Below, one piece after another: positions 46,329-55,892 of a stretch of DNA of 64,000 bases. The position numbers and the translations under genes were made by a program. The stretch's first letter is position 1. Each line of letters opens with the position of its first letter. The notes below the pieces were generated by a model. It saw only the letters and a list, made by a program, of their open reading frames with translations. It was not told the origin of the DNA and did no database searches. The DNA comes from Candidatus Aminicenantes bacterium (GTDB lineage: Bacteria > Acidobacteriota > Aminicenantia > UBA2199), in NCBI GenBank assembly GCA_030639305.1, contig DAOWCY010000012.1:954-64953 (forward strand), in the 5' to 3' direction.

Positions 46329-47330
46329 TTATGCAGGGCCGGGAAATTTTTTGCCGGCGGCGATTATTTTTTCGACCCTGGCCTGGGGGAATTTATTTCG
46401 ATTGGTGGATTCAAAAGACCGCGGCCCCTTATAGTCCCAGCCTACTTCGTATCCCTGCCGGGAAAATTTCTCCTTGATCTGGGAAAACAAGCGCCCGGGG
46501 GCAGTACAAAATTCCTCGTAGGATGTTTCGATCCATTTCGAGGAGTCTACCCGGCGCAAACCTTCCCTGATGGCCCGGTTGGTATAGTGCACCTGACCGC
46601 ATACCTGCTCTACAGCGGGGAGGTCTTGCAATTCTGAGTACTCGGGCGGTTTGAAAGAGTACCAGCTCTCTTCGGTGCCGAAAAATTTTACCCTGGCCTG
46701 CAGCAGGGACTGCGCATTATGCTGCGGTTCCCGGTACACATATATAAACAAGACTTTTTTCAGTATTTCCGCCACGAAGGGGATATTCCAGTTGATAATC
46801 ATCCCTTTCATGGCGAAGGGTTTTTCAAATGCTGCTTCCAGGGCTGCCAGTTCCGCTAAAAAAGACTTGCTGTTCACCTGCGCCCGGCGCTGCTTATCTA
46901 AATACTGGATCTCTCCAAAAGAAAAGAAACGGCGCCAGAAATACCAGAATTCATTGGGCGACAGGATACCCTGCGTCTTTCCTAAATTGGACGAAAAATC
47001 GATCTTACCGCCAAAATCACTAAACTCATCGTTAAAATTGAATTTGGGATCCAGCAGCAGGCGTTGGATTTTAGCCCCGATATAGGGGCAGCCGTAAAAC
47101 CGCGACAGCAGGTTGCTGGGATAAGCAAAATAGTTTAACCCGGCCAGCCACTGCATCAACAGGGTGGTTCCCGACCGGGGAGCGCCGACTATCAATACTA
47201 CCGGGTAGGCGGGTTTTGTTTTTGTTGCGATGATTTCCTGTTCCACCGGGGCCAGCAGGCCGTTCAACTCTGCCAGCAGCGTTTCCAGGTCGGTGTTGCG
47301 CCGGAATTCTTTTTGTCTTCCTGTGTTCAT
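46329..47330 (-). CDS. Sulfotransferase
   Basis: IVGAPRSGTTLL PAPS-binding loop, IYVYREP; AAGGAG RBS before ATG 47330. Confidence 0.9.
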   Translation of the reverse strand: MNTGRQKEFRRNTDLETLLAELNGLLAPVEQEIIATKTKPAYPVVLIVGAPRSGTTLLMQWLAGLNYFAYPSNLLSRFYGCPYIGAKIQRLLLDPKFNFNDEFSDFGGKIDFSSNLGKTQGILSPNEFWYFWRRFFSFGEIQYLDKQRRAQVNSKSFLAELAALEAAFEKPFAMKGMIINWNIPFVAEILKKVLFIYVYREPQHNAQSLLQARVKFFGTEESWYSFKPPEYSELQDLPAVEQVCGQVHYTNRAIREGLRRVDSSKWIETSYEEFCTAPGRLFSQIKEKFSRQGYEVGWDYKGPRSFESTNRNKFPQARVEKIIAAGKKFPGPA

Positions 47331-47331
47331 G

Positions 47332-48291
47332 TCAACCGAAATCTCCTTCACGATAGGCGGGAAAATACCGGCTGCCCGATAATTTACGCTTCTCCGCGAT
47401 TTCCCTGTATTTTTCTTTGTCGAATATTTTACCGCAAAAATAGGTGCTCCGGGTGCTGTTGGACCAGCCCTTTTTAAACCGCGCCAGCCCATCGCCGGGA
47501 TTCTCTGCGACGCCTGCTCCGCCGCCTAAATTGAGCCTTTCCAGGCCCATTTCCTTAAAATAGCCGATGGCATAATCGAAAAGCTTAAAAGACAGGTTCA
47601 TTTCATAGCCTATAGGACTGAAAGCGCCGAGATGATAATAAGCGGCTGCTCCCTGCCTGTACCATAATAACATGCCGTCTATCTCATTTCCAACGCTGCC
47701 CTGGAAAACATGTATCCCCGGTACGCGGAGCTGCTTCGCGAATGCCGCTTCGGAAAAAGTTAATATCCCCTCGATACGGTGCCGTTTGGCCAGGTTTTCA
47801 TAGAGCCGGTTCCATTGGTCGAGACAAGAGAGGGGTTTGGCTACCGTCCCTATCGTTACTTTATCGCGGTTTTTTTTGATGTTTCTTTTATGATTGGCAG
47901 GCAGTAAATCCCGGTCATATTTTGCCAATTCGATCACATAGTGGGTTTTGAAAGGCTGAAACTTATCGCTGAATATTTTTTCCAGCCGGTTCGCATCGTA
48001 ATTGCCTAAAGGATCGCTGACAAAAGAGAAACTAATGAGTTCTTTTTGCAGGCGCTCCAGGTCGCGTTCCAACTCGGTCCAATATGTACAGCACAAAAAA
48101 GGATATACCCCCATGCCGTCGAATAAGCCGCTGTCGAATACGGGACGTTTTAATATCCGGCCTTTCGAGAATTCCAAATCCAGAGGCTGCCCGATGGAGG
48201 CAAAAGAAGCGGCGTACAGGGGATGAAGATACCCGCTTAAGGGGGTATGCTCTAACTCCGTATAATTGTGTTTGGTGCTGACTTTGTTCAT
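47332..48291 (-). CDS. GNAT/FemAB-like acyltransferase
   Basis: LPANHKRNIKK, AYYHLGAFS, LNLGGGAG...GLARFKKGW. Confidence 0.8.
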   Translation of the reverse strand: MNKVSTKHNYTELEHTPLSGYLHPLYAASFASIGQPLDLEFSKGRILKRPVFDSGLFDGMGVYPFLCCTYWTELERDLERLQKELISFSFVSDPLGNYDANRLEKIFSDKFQPFKTHYVIELAKYDRDLLPANHKRNIKKNRDKVTIGTVAKPLSCLDQWNRLYENLAKRHRIEGILTFSEAAFAKQLRVPGIHVFQGSVGNEIDGMLLWYRQGAAAYYHLGAFSPIGYEMNLSFKLFDYAIGYFKEMGLERLNLGGGAGVAENPGDGLARFKKGWSNSTRSTYFCGKIFDKEKYREIAEKRKLSGSRYFPAYREGDFG

Positions 48292-48599
48292 TTTCGCTAT
48301 CCGGCAGCACTGTCCTGGAAACCCAAAAATTGTTGATAATAGAGGGTTTCCCCACAATGTGCTGTAAATTTTATTATACCACAAAGAGGAAGACGTCCGC
48401 AACCCCGTGCGAACGGGGAGGCGATAAGCTGCATCGCAGCAGGGTAATGTTTCTCGGTTTTTTTAACAAAAGTTTTTGAGAATCCATCTATGATGTATGT
48501 CAAGCCCTTAAAGGAGTTTTTTTAGGTTCTCTACAGCGCCTTTTTTCATAGTAGAATTCGCGTTCAAAGTTTTTTGCCTGCGGCGTCTCTGCAAAAAGG

Positions 48600-48792
48600 T
48601 TATTTTTTTATAGATGGTATATCGAGGTCTCTACAAATTTTAACTGCAAGCCTATCCGTAAATTTCATTGTGCCTGGGGATAGTCGAGATATTCCGCTTT
48701 TCAGGGTTCCAAAAAATCGTATGTTTCCCGCCTTCCCGGAATAATTTACACTTATTCTTTCTTAAATGTTTTATTAAGGCGCTCCGTTTCAT
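48600..48792 (-). pseudogene. hicA: HicA toxin with a +1 frameshift near 48660-48662
   Basis: MKRSALIKHLRKNKCKLFREGGKHTIF...TIPRHNEI, then TDRLAVKICRDLDIPSIKK* in the next frame. Confidence 0.85.
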
Positions 48793-49010
48793 TAAACAGC
48801 GCCTAACAATTCCTCTCTTATGACGTTTCTGTCGATAACTTCGCGGCGGGCCAATTCTCTATCGGCTTCGATAATAAGCTGAACAGCTTCTTTTAAATTC
48901 TCCTTAACCTCATCCCTGGTTTTCCCCTGGGTGTTTGCGCCGGATAATTCTTCTACATATCCGATCCAGCCATCGTTCATTTTTTCATAAACAGCAGTAA
49001 ATTTTTCCAT
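48792..49010 (-). CDS. hicB: HicB-like antitoxin (short form)
   Basis: FTAVYEK...WIGYVEELSGANTQGKTRDEVKENLKEAV; TAATG coupling to hicA. Confidence 0.9.
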   Translation of the reverse strand: MEKFTAVYEKMNDGWIGYVEELSGANTQGKTRDEVKENLKEAVQLIIEADRELARREVIDRNVIREELLGAV

Positions 49011-49107
49011 GATAACTTCTAATCTTAAGATAACATCTTTTAATAATTCTGTCAACAAATTTTGACGAAACGACTCATTATCTTTCCATGGATTTTTGAG
49101 CAAAGTA

Positions 49108-49138
49108 AAAAAATGCGGCAAGACAAGACCTGAAACCC
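49108..49138 (+). repeat. Repeat family A, degenerate
   Basis: AAAATGCGGCAAGACAAGACCTGAAACCC. Confidence 0.6.
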
Positions 49139-49170
49139 ATTGATTCTTTATCGAGAAAGAAGGAAAAGTG

Positions 49171-49199
49171 TTGACAAAAAGGGGCTAATATTGCATACT
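49171..49199 (+). promoter_or_regulatory. Sigma70 promoter
   Basis: TTGACA-N17-CATACT. Confidence 0.65.
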
Positions 49200-49215
49200 A
49201 AGAGCGGAGGTAAAC

Positions 49216-49455
49216 ATGGAAATTATTTTTAGATTGGATATAGAAAAACTGCCCGAGGGTGTTTACCTCGGTACCAGTGAAGATGTTCCCGGGCTTGTGG
49301 CCCAGGGCAGGACCATCGACGAAACAGTTGATATTGCGAAAGATGTCGCCCGTAAGCTTTATGATTCTTATTTAGAAGATGGTTTCGAGTCTCCGTTTCG
49401 GTCTGTTAAAGAAAAAAGATTTAAGGTCGATGTAGCTATCCCTGTGGGGACTTAA
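49216..49455 (+). CDS. hicB: HicB-like antitoxin
   Basis: IEKLPEGVYLGTSEDVPGLVAQGRTIDE. Confidence 0.88.
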   Translation: MEIIFRLDIEKLPEGVYLGTSEDVPGLVAQGRTIDETVDIAKDVARKLYDSYLEDGFESPFRSVKEKRFKVDVAIPVGT

Positions 49456-49457
49456 GG

Positions 49458-49682
49458 TTGGGCAGGCTTTACGGCTTTAACTACCGGGCTGCCGTTAAAA
49501 AGCTGAGGAAGGCCGGATTTGAGTTTGATCGTTATGCAAAAGGCAGTCATGAAATCTGGAAAAATACTGAAACCGGCAAACGTACTACGATTCCCAATCA
49601 TCCGGGATCTATCCCCGAAGGGACGTTAAGGGCTATAATAAGGCAAGCGGGAATAGATGTAGATACGTTTTTAAAACTTTAA
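49458..49682 (+). CDS. hicA: HicA toxin
   Basis: KGSHEIW...TTIPNHPG.IPEGTLRAIIRQAG; TTG start. Confidence 0.92.
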   Translation: MGRLYGFNYRAAVKKLRKAGFEFDRYAKGSHEIWKNTETGKRTTIPNHPGSIPEGTLRAIIRQAGIDVDTFLKL

Positions 49683-49754
49683 TAATAAGAAAAGTGGACA
49701 GTCCAAAACAATTCTTACGACTATTGCCCCTAAACGCTCCCTCACGCATGTGGG

Positions 49755-49872
49755 ATTGCCTCCGGCGGCCAAAACCCTTTTGAAAAAGGGTTCTGGACTC
49801 CCAAAACTTTTCATGAGCGATACGTTTTTCTACCTGCGAAACGTTCATCATTGGCTTCTGCTGCGAAGCGGC
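49755..49872 (-). repeat. Repeat family B, inverted copy of 38145-38270
   Basis: TGCCTCCGGCGGCCAAAACCCTTTTGAAAAAGGGTTCTGGACTCCCAAAACTTTT. Confidence 0.85.
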
Positions 49873-52554
49873 TCATTGACTCCCTGTGGGGCCTACAGGG
49901 AAGATGAGGCGCGGCTTTAAGATGCCTTTCTTGATGATCTCTCTTTTTCCCCACTTGAGAATAAAACGGTAAGTGCCCGGCTGCTTCTTAGGAGAATTCC
50001 AGGTGATCCTGTGAATTCCCGGTTCGTTTTTTGTTTTTAGAGTAGCGATCTCTTTTCCATCCATATCATGGACGAAAAGCCGCGGCGCTTCGGCGCTTTT
50101 TTTCTTTATATAGTAAAAAATATGCAGCCCGTTTCTTTCATTGGGCGTACGCAAATGAGCGTCCCCGGTCATATCGTAATTACCCCAGTCGGACCTCTGC
50201 GACCGGTTGTTCACCGGTTTCGCCACTATATCGAAAAGAAAAAAATCTTTTTGTAAAATATCTTCGTTCAACTGCTGTAAAGGCGATATGTTCGTGACCC
50301 AGAGACCGCGGCCATAAGTGCCTACCACTAAGTCTTTTTCCCGCGGATGCACCAACAGGTCCCTGACCGGCACCGGCGGCATGTTGTTCTTCAACGCCAG
50401 CCACTCCCCACCGCCGTTCAACGTAAAATAAACGCCTTTGTCGGTGCCTACAAACAGGAGATCAGGATTCACCCGGTCTTCAAAAATCACCGAAACCGGT
50501 GTATCAGGCAAGTTCCCGGCAATGTCTTGCCAGCTTTTACCGAAATCTTTCGTCCGGTAAATAAAAGGTTTAAACACATCTTCCCGGTAGCCCGTTTTGG
50601 TCACATAGGCCGTGCCGGTATTATAGTTGGAAGCTAACACCCGGCTTACCCAGGTGTGCGCCGGCCCCCCGACTGCGGCGATCCGGGCGGTTTGCTCTTC
50701 CCAATGAGCGCCGTGATCTTTAGTCAGGTGAACCCGGCCATCATCGGTGCCTACCCAGATCACCCCCGGTTTTTTAGGTGATTCGCAAATGGTAACGATG
50801 GTACAGAACATGATATGTCCTTTACCGGCGATTTTCTCCGGGTCGTTATAACTCAAATCCGGGCTGATCTCTTCCCAGGTGTCGCCCCGGTCTAAAGAAC
50901 GCAGCAGCATCTGCCCGGCGGTGTAAACGATATCGCCGTTGTGGGGAGATAAGACGATAGGGGTGTTCCAGGTATAACGGTAAGGAGGCTGGCCCGCGGG
51001 CGCTTCAGGCATGATCTCCACCCGCTCGCCTTTCGACTGGTCCACCCGGTGGTGTTTACCGAACTGGGTGGTAAAATAGTACCAGCGGTTGTTTTCCGGG
51101 TTGACTGCCGAGTACATACCGTCCCACATGCCCACGATCACCCAATCTTCTAAACCCACGCTGCCGGACCAACTGTTGACCGGCCCTTTCCAGACTTCGT
51201 GATCCTGGAGACCGGCGTAAATATTATAGGGGTCCTGGTTGTCTACGGCGATGGCATAGATTTCGCCCATGGGGATATTGTAATAATGGAAAGTGGTTTT
51301 ACCCTCGTCCCAGGAACTATACAAACCGCCGTCGCTGCCCAACATCATGTGCTGCGGGTCTGCCGGGTCGATCCAGAAAGTGCGCACGTCGCCGAAATTA
51401 TTGCGGAACAACTTCCTTTCCCGCCAATCTTTCCAGCCCGGCCAGGTTTTGCCGCCGTCGTGGGAATACAACTGTTCTACCGCCACGATATAGACCTTAT
51501 CGGGGTCCTTGGGATCGACATTGATCTCGTTAAAAGAGTAGGCTGCTTTGCCGCTGACGTCGATGCCCGGCCCGCTCACTTTGCGCCAGTTGTCGCCGCC
51601 GTTGTCGGAACGGTAAACTTCGCCGCCGATCAAGTCGTCGTAGGAATGGTCGGTAAAAGCGTCGAATTTTTTGTCTGTTTTCTTTTTTAAACCGGGTTTG
51701 GGGTTCAGGTTCTGGATGACCGCGTAAAGAATATCCGGGTTGGCGCGGTGAATATCCACCCCGATGCGCCCGATATTACCGCCCGGCAAACCTTCTGTCA
51801 GCATTTGCCAATTTTCGCCGCCGTCGGTAGTGCGATAGATGCGGCTTTTTTCGCCACCGGCTTCGAAATGCCAGGGATAGCGGTGTTTATCGTAGGCAGC
51901 AGCGTAGAGTACGTCCGGATTTTTGAAATTCATACACAGGTCTACCACGCCTACTTTTTCATTTATGTAGAGAACTTTTTTCCAGGTTTTGCCGCCATCC
52001 GTGGTTTTAAAAACTCCCCGTTCTTCGTTGTAGGAGAAGAGGTGTCCCATCACCGCCGCGTAAACGATGTCGGGATTTTGCGGGTGGATTAAGATTTTGC
52101 CGATGTGGTGGGAATCTTTTAGTCCCATATTTTGGAAACTCTTACCGCCGTCGGTAGATTTATAGATGCCGTTACCGTAGTAGGCTGAGCGGGCGTTGGA
52201 GTCTTCGCCGGTTCCCACCCAGACTATATCCGGGTTAGAAGGCGCTATTTCTACGGCCCCGACAGCATTGACCCCGTAATTATCGAAAATAGAAGTGAAA
52301 GTAGTGCCGTTGTTAACGGTTTTCCACAGGCCGCCGTTTCGTGAAGCCGCATAGAACGTGTATTTATGTGTCGGCCCCGGGTTTTCCGGCACGGCTATGT
52401 CTGAGATCCAGGCCCCGGCCCGGAAAGGGCCTAAATTGCGATAAGTAAATTCTTTGAACAGGTTTTCGTCTATTTTAGTTTGGCTTTTTAGACAAAAACC
52501 GCTCGATAATAAAACCGTTAGAATCGTTACGAAAATAAAATTTTTAAAATTCAT
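49873..52554 (-). CDS. Secreted VPS10/BNR-repeat beta-propeller glycoside hydrolase-like protein
   Basis: Signal peptide; many S/T-x-D-G-G-x-T/S-W Asp-boxes. Confidence 0.88.
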   Translation of the reverse strand: MNFKNFIFVTILTVLLSSGFCLKSQTKIDENLFKEFTYRNLGPFRAGAWISDIAVPENPGPTHKYTFYAASRNGGLWKTVNNGTTFTSIFDNYGVNAVGAVEIAPSNPDIVWVGTGEDSNARSAYYGNGIYKSTDGGKSFQNMGLKDSHHIGKILIHPQNPDIVYAAVMGHLFSYNEERGVFKTTDGGKTWKKVLYINEKVGVVDLCMNFKNPDVLYAAAYDKHRYPWHFEAGGEKSRIYRTTDGGENWQMLTEGLPGGNIGRIGVDIHRANPDILYAVIQNLNPKPGLKKKTDKKFDAFTDHSYDDLIGGEVYRSDNGGDNWRKVSGPGIDVSGKAAYSFNEINVDPKDPDKVYIVAVEQLYSHDGGKTWPGWKDWRERKLFRNNFGDVRTFWIDPADPQHMMLGSDGGLYSSWDEGKTTFHYYNIPMGEIYAIAVDNQDPYNIYAGLQDHEVWKGPVNSWSGSVGLEDWVIVGMWDGMYSAVNPENNRWYYFTTQFGKHHRVDQSKGERVEIMPEAPAGQPPYRYTWNTPIVLSPHNGDIVYTAGQMLLRSLDRGDTWEEISPDLSYNDPEKIAGKGHIMFCTIVTICESPKKPGVIWVGTDDGRVHLTKDHGAHWEEQTARIAAVGGPAHTWVSRVLASNYNTGTAYVTKTGYREDVFKPFIYRTKDFGKSWQDIAGNLPDTPVSVIFEDRVNPDLLFVGTDKGVYFTLNGGGEWLALKNNMPPVPVRDLLVHPREKDLVVGTYGRGLWVTNISPLQQLNEDILQKDFFLFDIVAKPVNNRSQRSDWGNYDMTGDAHLRTPNERNGLHIFYYIKKKSAEAPRLFVHDMDGKEIATLKTKNEPGIHRITWNSPKKQPGTYRFILKWGKREIIKKGILKPRLIFPVGPTGSQ

Positions 52555-52619
52555 AAGTAACCTCCAGGTTGTTATTTTAAAAGAAAATCGTGTTTATTGC
52601 AAGCCCGCGGCGAAACAGC

Positions 52620-52896
52620 TTTTTGCCTCCGGCGGCCCTGCCGGGGGCCAAACTTTTGAAAAAGTTTGATCAAAACTTTTGATTATTTAGAATCAAAAGC
52701 GCTCACACGCTGCCCCTTGCGGCGGAGCCGCTCATCGCCCCCCCACGCGAGTGGGGTTTAGAAGCAAAAGCGCTCACACGCTGCCTCTTGCGGCGAAGCC
52801 GCTCATCGCCCCCCCACGCGAGTGGGGTTTAGAAGCAAAGGCGCTCACTCGCTCCCCCTGCCGCGAAGCGGCTTATCGCCTCCCCGTGCGCACGGG
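52620..52896 (-). repeat. Repeat family B with three tandem 71-bp units
   Basis: Units start at 52689, 52760 and 52831. Confidence 0.9.
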
Positions 52897-52897
52897 C

Positions 52898-52926
52898 TTG
52901 CCGATTTGTGAAAAAAGTAGTAAAAT
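52898..52926 (+). promoter_or_regulatory. Sigma70 promoter of queCDE, probably leaderless
   Basis: TTGCCG-N17-TAAAAT; ATG 52933 lies 6 nt downstream; no SD. Confidence 0.6.
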
Positions 52927-52932
52927 CAAGTA

Positions 52933-53634
52933 ATGAAAGAAAAAAACGCGGTCATTTTGTTTTCCGGCGGACTGGATTCCACCACTGCCCTGTATTGGGC
53001 AAAAAAGAATTTTGATAAGGTCTATGCCTTAATTTTCGATTACGCCCAGAAGCACAACATCGAAGTAGAAATGGCAAAAAAAACCGCCGCCAAAGTAGGC
53101 GTAGAATTCCAGGTTATCGACTTTCCTCTTAAAAGTATCGTCTATTCGGCTTTGATAGACGAAGAAAAAGAAATCCCTGAGTCCCTGGCAGAATCCAAAA
53201 ACGAAGCCGGCGTACCTTTTACCTATGTACCTTTTCGGAACGGGATTTTCCTCGCACTGGCTGCTGCTTTTGCCGAATCCAGGGGCATCTTCGACCTGAT
53301 AACCGGGTTTAACCTGATCGACACACCCGACTATCCCGACACCACCGAAGCTTTTACAGCCAAAATGGAAGCGGCTATCAACCAGGGCACCTCCGCCTCG
53401 ATCACCGGGAAAAATTTTAAAGTTCATACGCCCCTGATTAGGAAAAGCAAAAAAGAGATCATCGAATTCGGCTTAGAACTACAGGCCGATTATTCTTATT
53501 CCGTATCCTGCTACCGCGGCCAGGAGCAGCCCTGTTTAAAATGCCCCTCCTGCGATATCAGGGCCCGGGCTTTCGGCCAATTAGATATGGCAGACCCTCT
53601 AATAATCAGGCTAAAAAAGGAAGGTAAAATATGA
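52933..53634 (+). CDS. queC: 7-cyano-7-deazaguanine synthase
   Basis: LFSGGLDST, YVPFRNGIF, SCY...CLKCPSC. Confidence 0.97.
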   Translation: MKEKNAVILFSGGLDSTTALYWAKKNFDKVYALIFDYAQKHNIEVEMAKKTAAKVGVEFQVIDFPLKSIVYSALIDEEKEIPESLAESKNEAGVPFTYVPFRNGIFLALAAAFAESRGIFDLITGFNLIDTPDYPDTTEAFTAKMEAAINQGTSASITGKNFKVHTPLIRKSKKEIIEFGLELQADYSYSVSCYRGQEQPCLKCPSCDIRARAFGQLDMADPLIIRLKKEGKI

Positions 53635-53975
53635 GTTGGGAATTAATCGTCAAAGAGAAGTTTTCTTCCGCCCATTTTTTAGAGAATTACAAGGGGAAAT
53701 GCGAGCATATGCACGGGCACACGTTCCGCATCGAAGCTTATTTCAGGGTGGAGCAGTTGGATGAATCTGGAATCGGCATAGACTTTACCGAACTAAAAGC
53801 CTATTTGCGCTCCATACTACCGGATCACCAGGTGTTGAACGAAGTGTTCGATTTTTCACCTTCCGCGGAAAACCTGTCGAAGTACCTCTATTATAAAATC
53901 AAAGAAAAATACAACGTGACAAAAGTCGTCATCTGGGAATCTGAGAATGCAGGCGCAGTCTACTCTCAAGATTAA
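53631..53975 (+). CDS. queD: 6-carboxytetrahydropterin synthase
   Basis: FSSAH, CEHMHGH, PSAENL, WES. Confidence 0.95.
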   Translation: MSWELIVKEKFSSAHFLENYKGKCEHMHGHTFRIEAYFRVEQLDESGIGIDFTELKAYLRSILPDHQVLNEVFDFSPSAENLSKYLYYKIKEKYNVTKVVIWESENAGAVYSQD

Positions 53976-54576
53976 GGAGATTTTTCGTTCTTTCCAGGGT
54001 GAAGGAGTCGCGTTGGGGAGCGCCTCGATTTTTTTGAGGCTGTCGGGCTGTTCCCTGCGCTGTCCTTACTGCGACACTAAAGACTCCTGGGAGGAAGGCA
54101 CTTTGATGACTATCGCGGAGATAATCGCCGAATTGGATAGCTGCCGGGAAAAGTGTACTCACTGCCGGGTAGTGATTACCGGCGGCGAACCTTTGGAACA
54201 GGATTTGTCTCCTCTTGTGGCAGCTTTAAAAAAGAAAAAATATTTTGTAGCCATCGAGACTAACGGCACAATTTTCCAGGAAGTAGACATCGATTGGTGG
54301 ACAGTGTCGCCCAAAGATGTAAAAAAATATTTTATTCATGAGAAGCTTTTTTTCCGCATCTCCGAAGTAAAATTGGTGGTTACGCCGGCCTTGAGTATGG
54401 AAGTTATCCGGCGCATTCGTGGTATCCGGGAGGATTTTTTCATATTTTTGCAGCCGGACTGGTATGATAAAGACAGGTATAAGAACGTTTTTCGGCTTTT
54501 CGAGCAGTGCCGCGAAGCGGGTCTAAGAGACGTCAGGTGCGGCATTCAACTGCACAAAATCTACGCAGTAAAATAG
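53947..54576 (+). CDS. queE: 7-carboxy-7-deazaguanine synthase (radical SAM)
   Basis: EIFRSFQGEG, CSLRCPYCDT, ITGGEP, IETNGT, QLHK; true start may be a few codons downstream. Confidence 0.95.
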   Translation: MQAQSTLKIKEIFRSFQGEGVALGSASIFLRLSGCSLRCPYCDTKDSWEEGTLMTIAEIIAELDSCREKCTHCRVVITGGEPLEQDLSPLVAALKKKKYFVAIETNGTIFQEVDIDWWTVSPKDVKKYFIHEKLFFRISEVKLVVTPALSMEVIRRIRGIREDFFIFLQPDWYDKDRYKNVFRLFEQCREAGLRDVRCGIQLHKIYAVK

Positions 54577-55052
54577 GCCCCACTCGCGTGGGGGGGCGAT
54601 AGCCGCTACGCGGCAGGGTGATGCTTTTGATTCTAAAATTATCAAAAGTTTGGCCCCCGGCAGGGCCGCCGGAGGCGATAAGCCGCTTCGCAGCGGGGTC
54701 GCTCTTTTCGCTTCTAAAATTATCAAAAGTTTTGTTCAAACTTTTTTAAAAGTTTGGCCCCCGGCAGGGCCGCCGGAGGCAACCCCGTACGCACGGGGAG
54801 GGGGGACGGCGTCCCCAGGCGATAAGCCCCTTCGGGGCAGGTCCATGCTTTTCGCTTCTAAAATTATCAAAAGTTTTGTTCAAACTTTTTTAAAAGTTTG
54901 GCCCCCGGCAGGGCCGCCGGAGGCGTTTAGCCCCTCAGGGGCAGGAAGCGCTTTTGATTTTAAATTATCAATAGTTTTAAACTTTTTTAAGAGTGCGGTG
55001 TGCCGCAACCCCCAATTTCAATTTAATGGGGGCGGCCCCCGGCAGGGAATCC
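54577..55052 (+). repeat. Repeat family B, multi-copy cluster (about 144-bp period)
   Basis: TTTTCGCTTCTAAAATTATCAAAAGTTTTG...CCGGAGGC at about 54705 and 54849, plus partial copies. Confidence 0.9.
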
Positions 55053-55081
55053 TTTAGTTCTCCCTGTTGAGCATCCCGTAT

Positions 55082-55639
55082 TTACGCGAAAATCTTCCCG
55101 AAATCGAAACGGATTTGGCAGGGGCCTAAGTCGAAAAACATCAGCCCATCTTTAAAATCTCCAGCCTGACTGTATTTCTCCTCTTGCAGTACAAAAACCG
55201 CGGCGCTGTCTGTTTTCGGGTCTACGATGCAGTAATATTGCACCACCGCGTTTTCGTAGAGTTGATATTTTATGATTTTATCTTTCCGGGAAGTTGCCGG
55301 GGAGAGAATTTCAAACACGATGACAGGGGTTGTTTCCAGTTTTTCTTCGCCGATATTTTCCGGCTCGCCGCAGACCACGATAACATCGGGTTGAACTACT
55401 GTGTCTTCGGTAATTTGCCAATCTACAGGCAGCAGCGCCTCGCATTTTTTACAATCTTTCAGCAATTCTCCCAGGTACTGGATTATTTTGCTGCTCAGGC
55501 GCTGGTGTTTTATCCTCGGCATAGGCACCATGGCAAAAGGTACGCCGCGGATCAATTCCCACCGTCCTTCCCAATGCGTATAATCATCATAGGTGTAATG
55601 TGGTAAGTCTTCTACTCTTAAAGCGACAGCGCTCATCAT
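55082..55639 (-). CDS. Uma2 (DUF820) family endonuclease
   Basis: WELIRG, VVQPDVIVVC, FEILSPAT...DKIIKYQLY. Confidence 0.93.
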   Translation of the reverse strand: MMSAVALRVEDLPHYTYDDYTHWEGRWELIRGVPFAMVPMPRIKHQRLSSKIIQYLGELLKDCKKCEALLPVDWQITEDTVVQPDVIVVCGEPENIGEEKLETTPVIVFEILSPATSRKDKIIKYQLYENAVVQYYCIVDPKTDSAAVFVLQEEKYSQAGDFKDGLMFFDLGPCQIRFDFGKIFA

Positions 55640-55657
55640 TTACTCCTTTTCCAGGTT

Positions 55658-55686
55658 ATTATGCCTGATTTCCTAAAAACTGTCAA
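55658..55686 (-). promoter_or_regulatory. Sigma70 promoter of the Uma2 gene
   Basis: TTGACA-N17-CATAAT, AGGAG RBS. Confidence 0.7.
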
Positions 55687-55892
55687 CCGGACCCCACTCG
55701 CGTGGGGGGGCAATTAGCTGCTTCGCAGCAGGTGGTGCTTTTGATTCTCGCTTCTAAAATTATCAAAAGTTTTGATCAAACTTTTACAAAAGTTTGGCCC
55801 CCGGCAGGGACCTTCCGCGCAACGGCTTACCGCCACCCCACGCGTGTGGGGCCGCCGGAGGCTCATAGGTTGGGTGCACTGCACCCCCCCCC
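55687..55892 (+). repeat. Repeat family B
   Basis: Same core as 54577-54780. Confidence 0.85.

Noticed and set aside
52880-52932. preQ1 riboswitch upstream of queC
   Set aside because: No recognisable aptamer, and the transcript appears leaderless.
52933-54576. queCDE as part of a DNA 7-deazaguanine modification (dpd) system
   Set aside because: No dpdA/tgt-like or dpdB-K genes nearby; tRNA queuosine precursor synthesis is the simpler explanation.
54523-55057. ORFs inside repeat B clusters (also 37932-38199, 52751-52933, 55702-56154, 58328-58689)
   Set aside because: Translations of repeat DNA with recurring KSFVQTF/WPPAGPPEA strings; no RBS or domain evidence.
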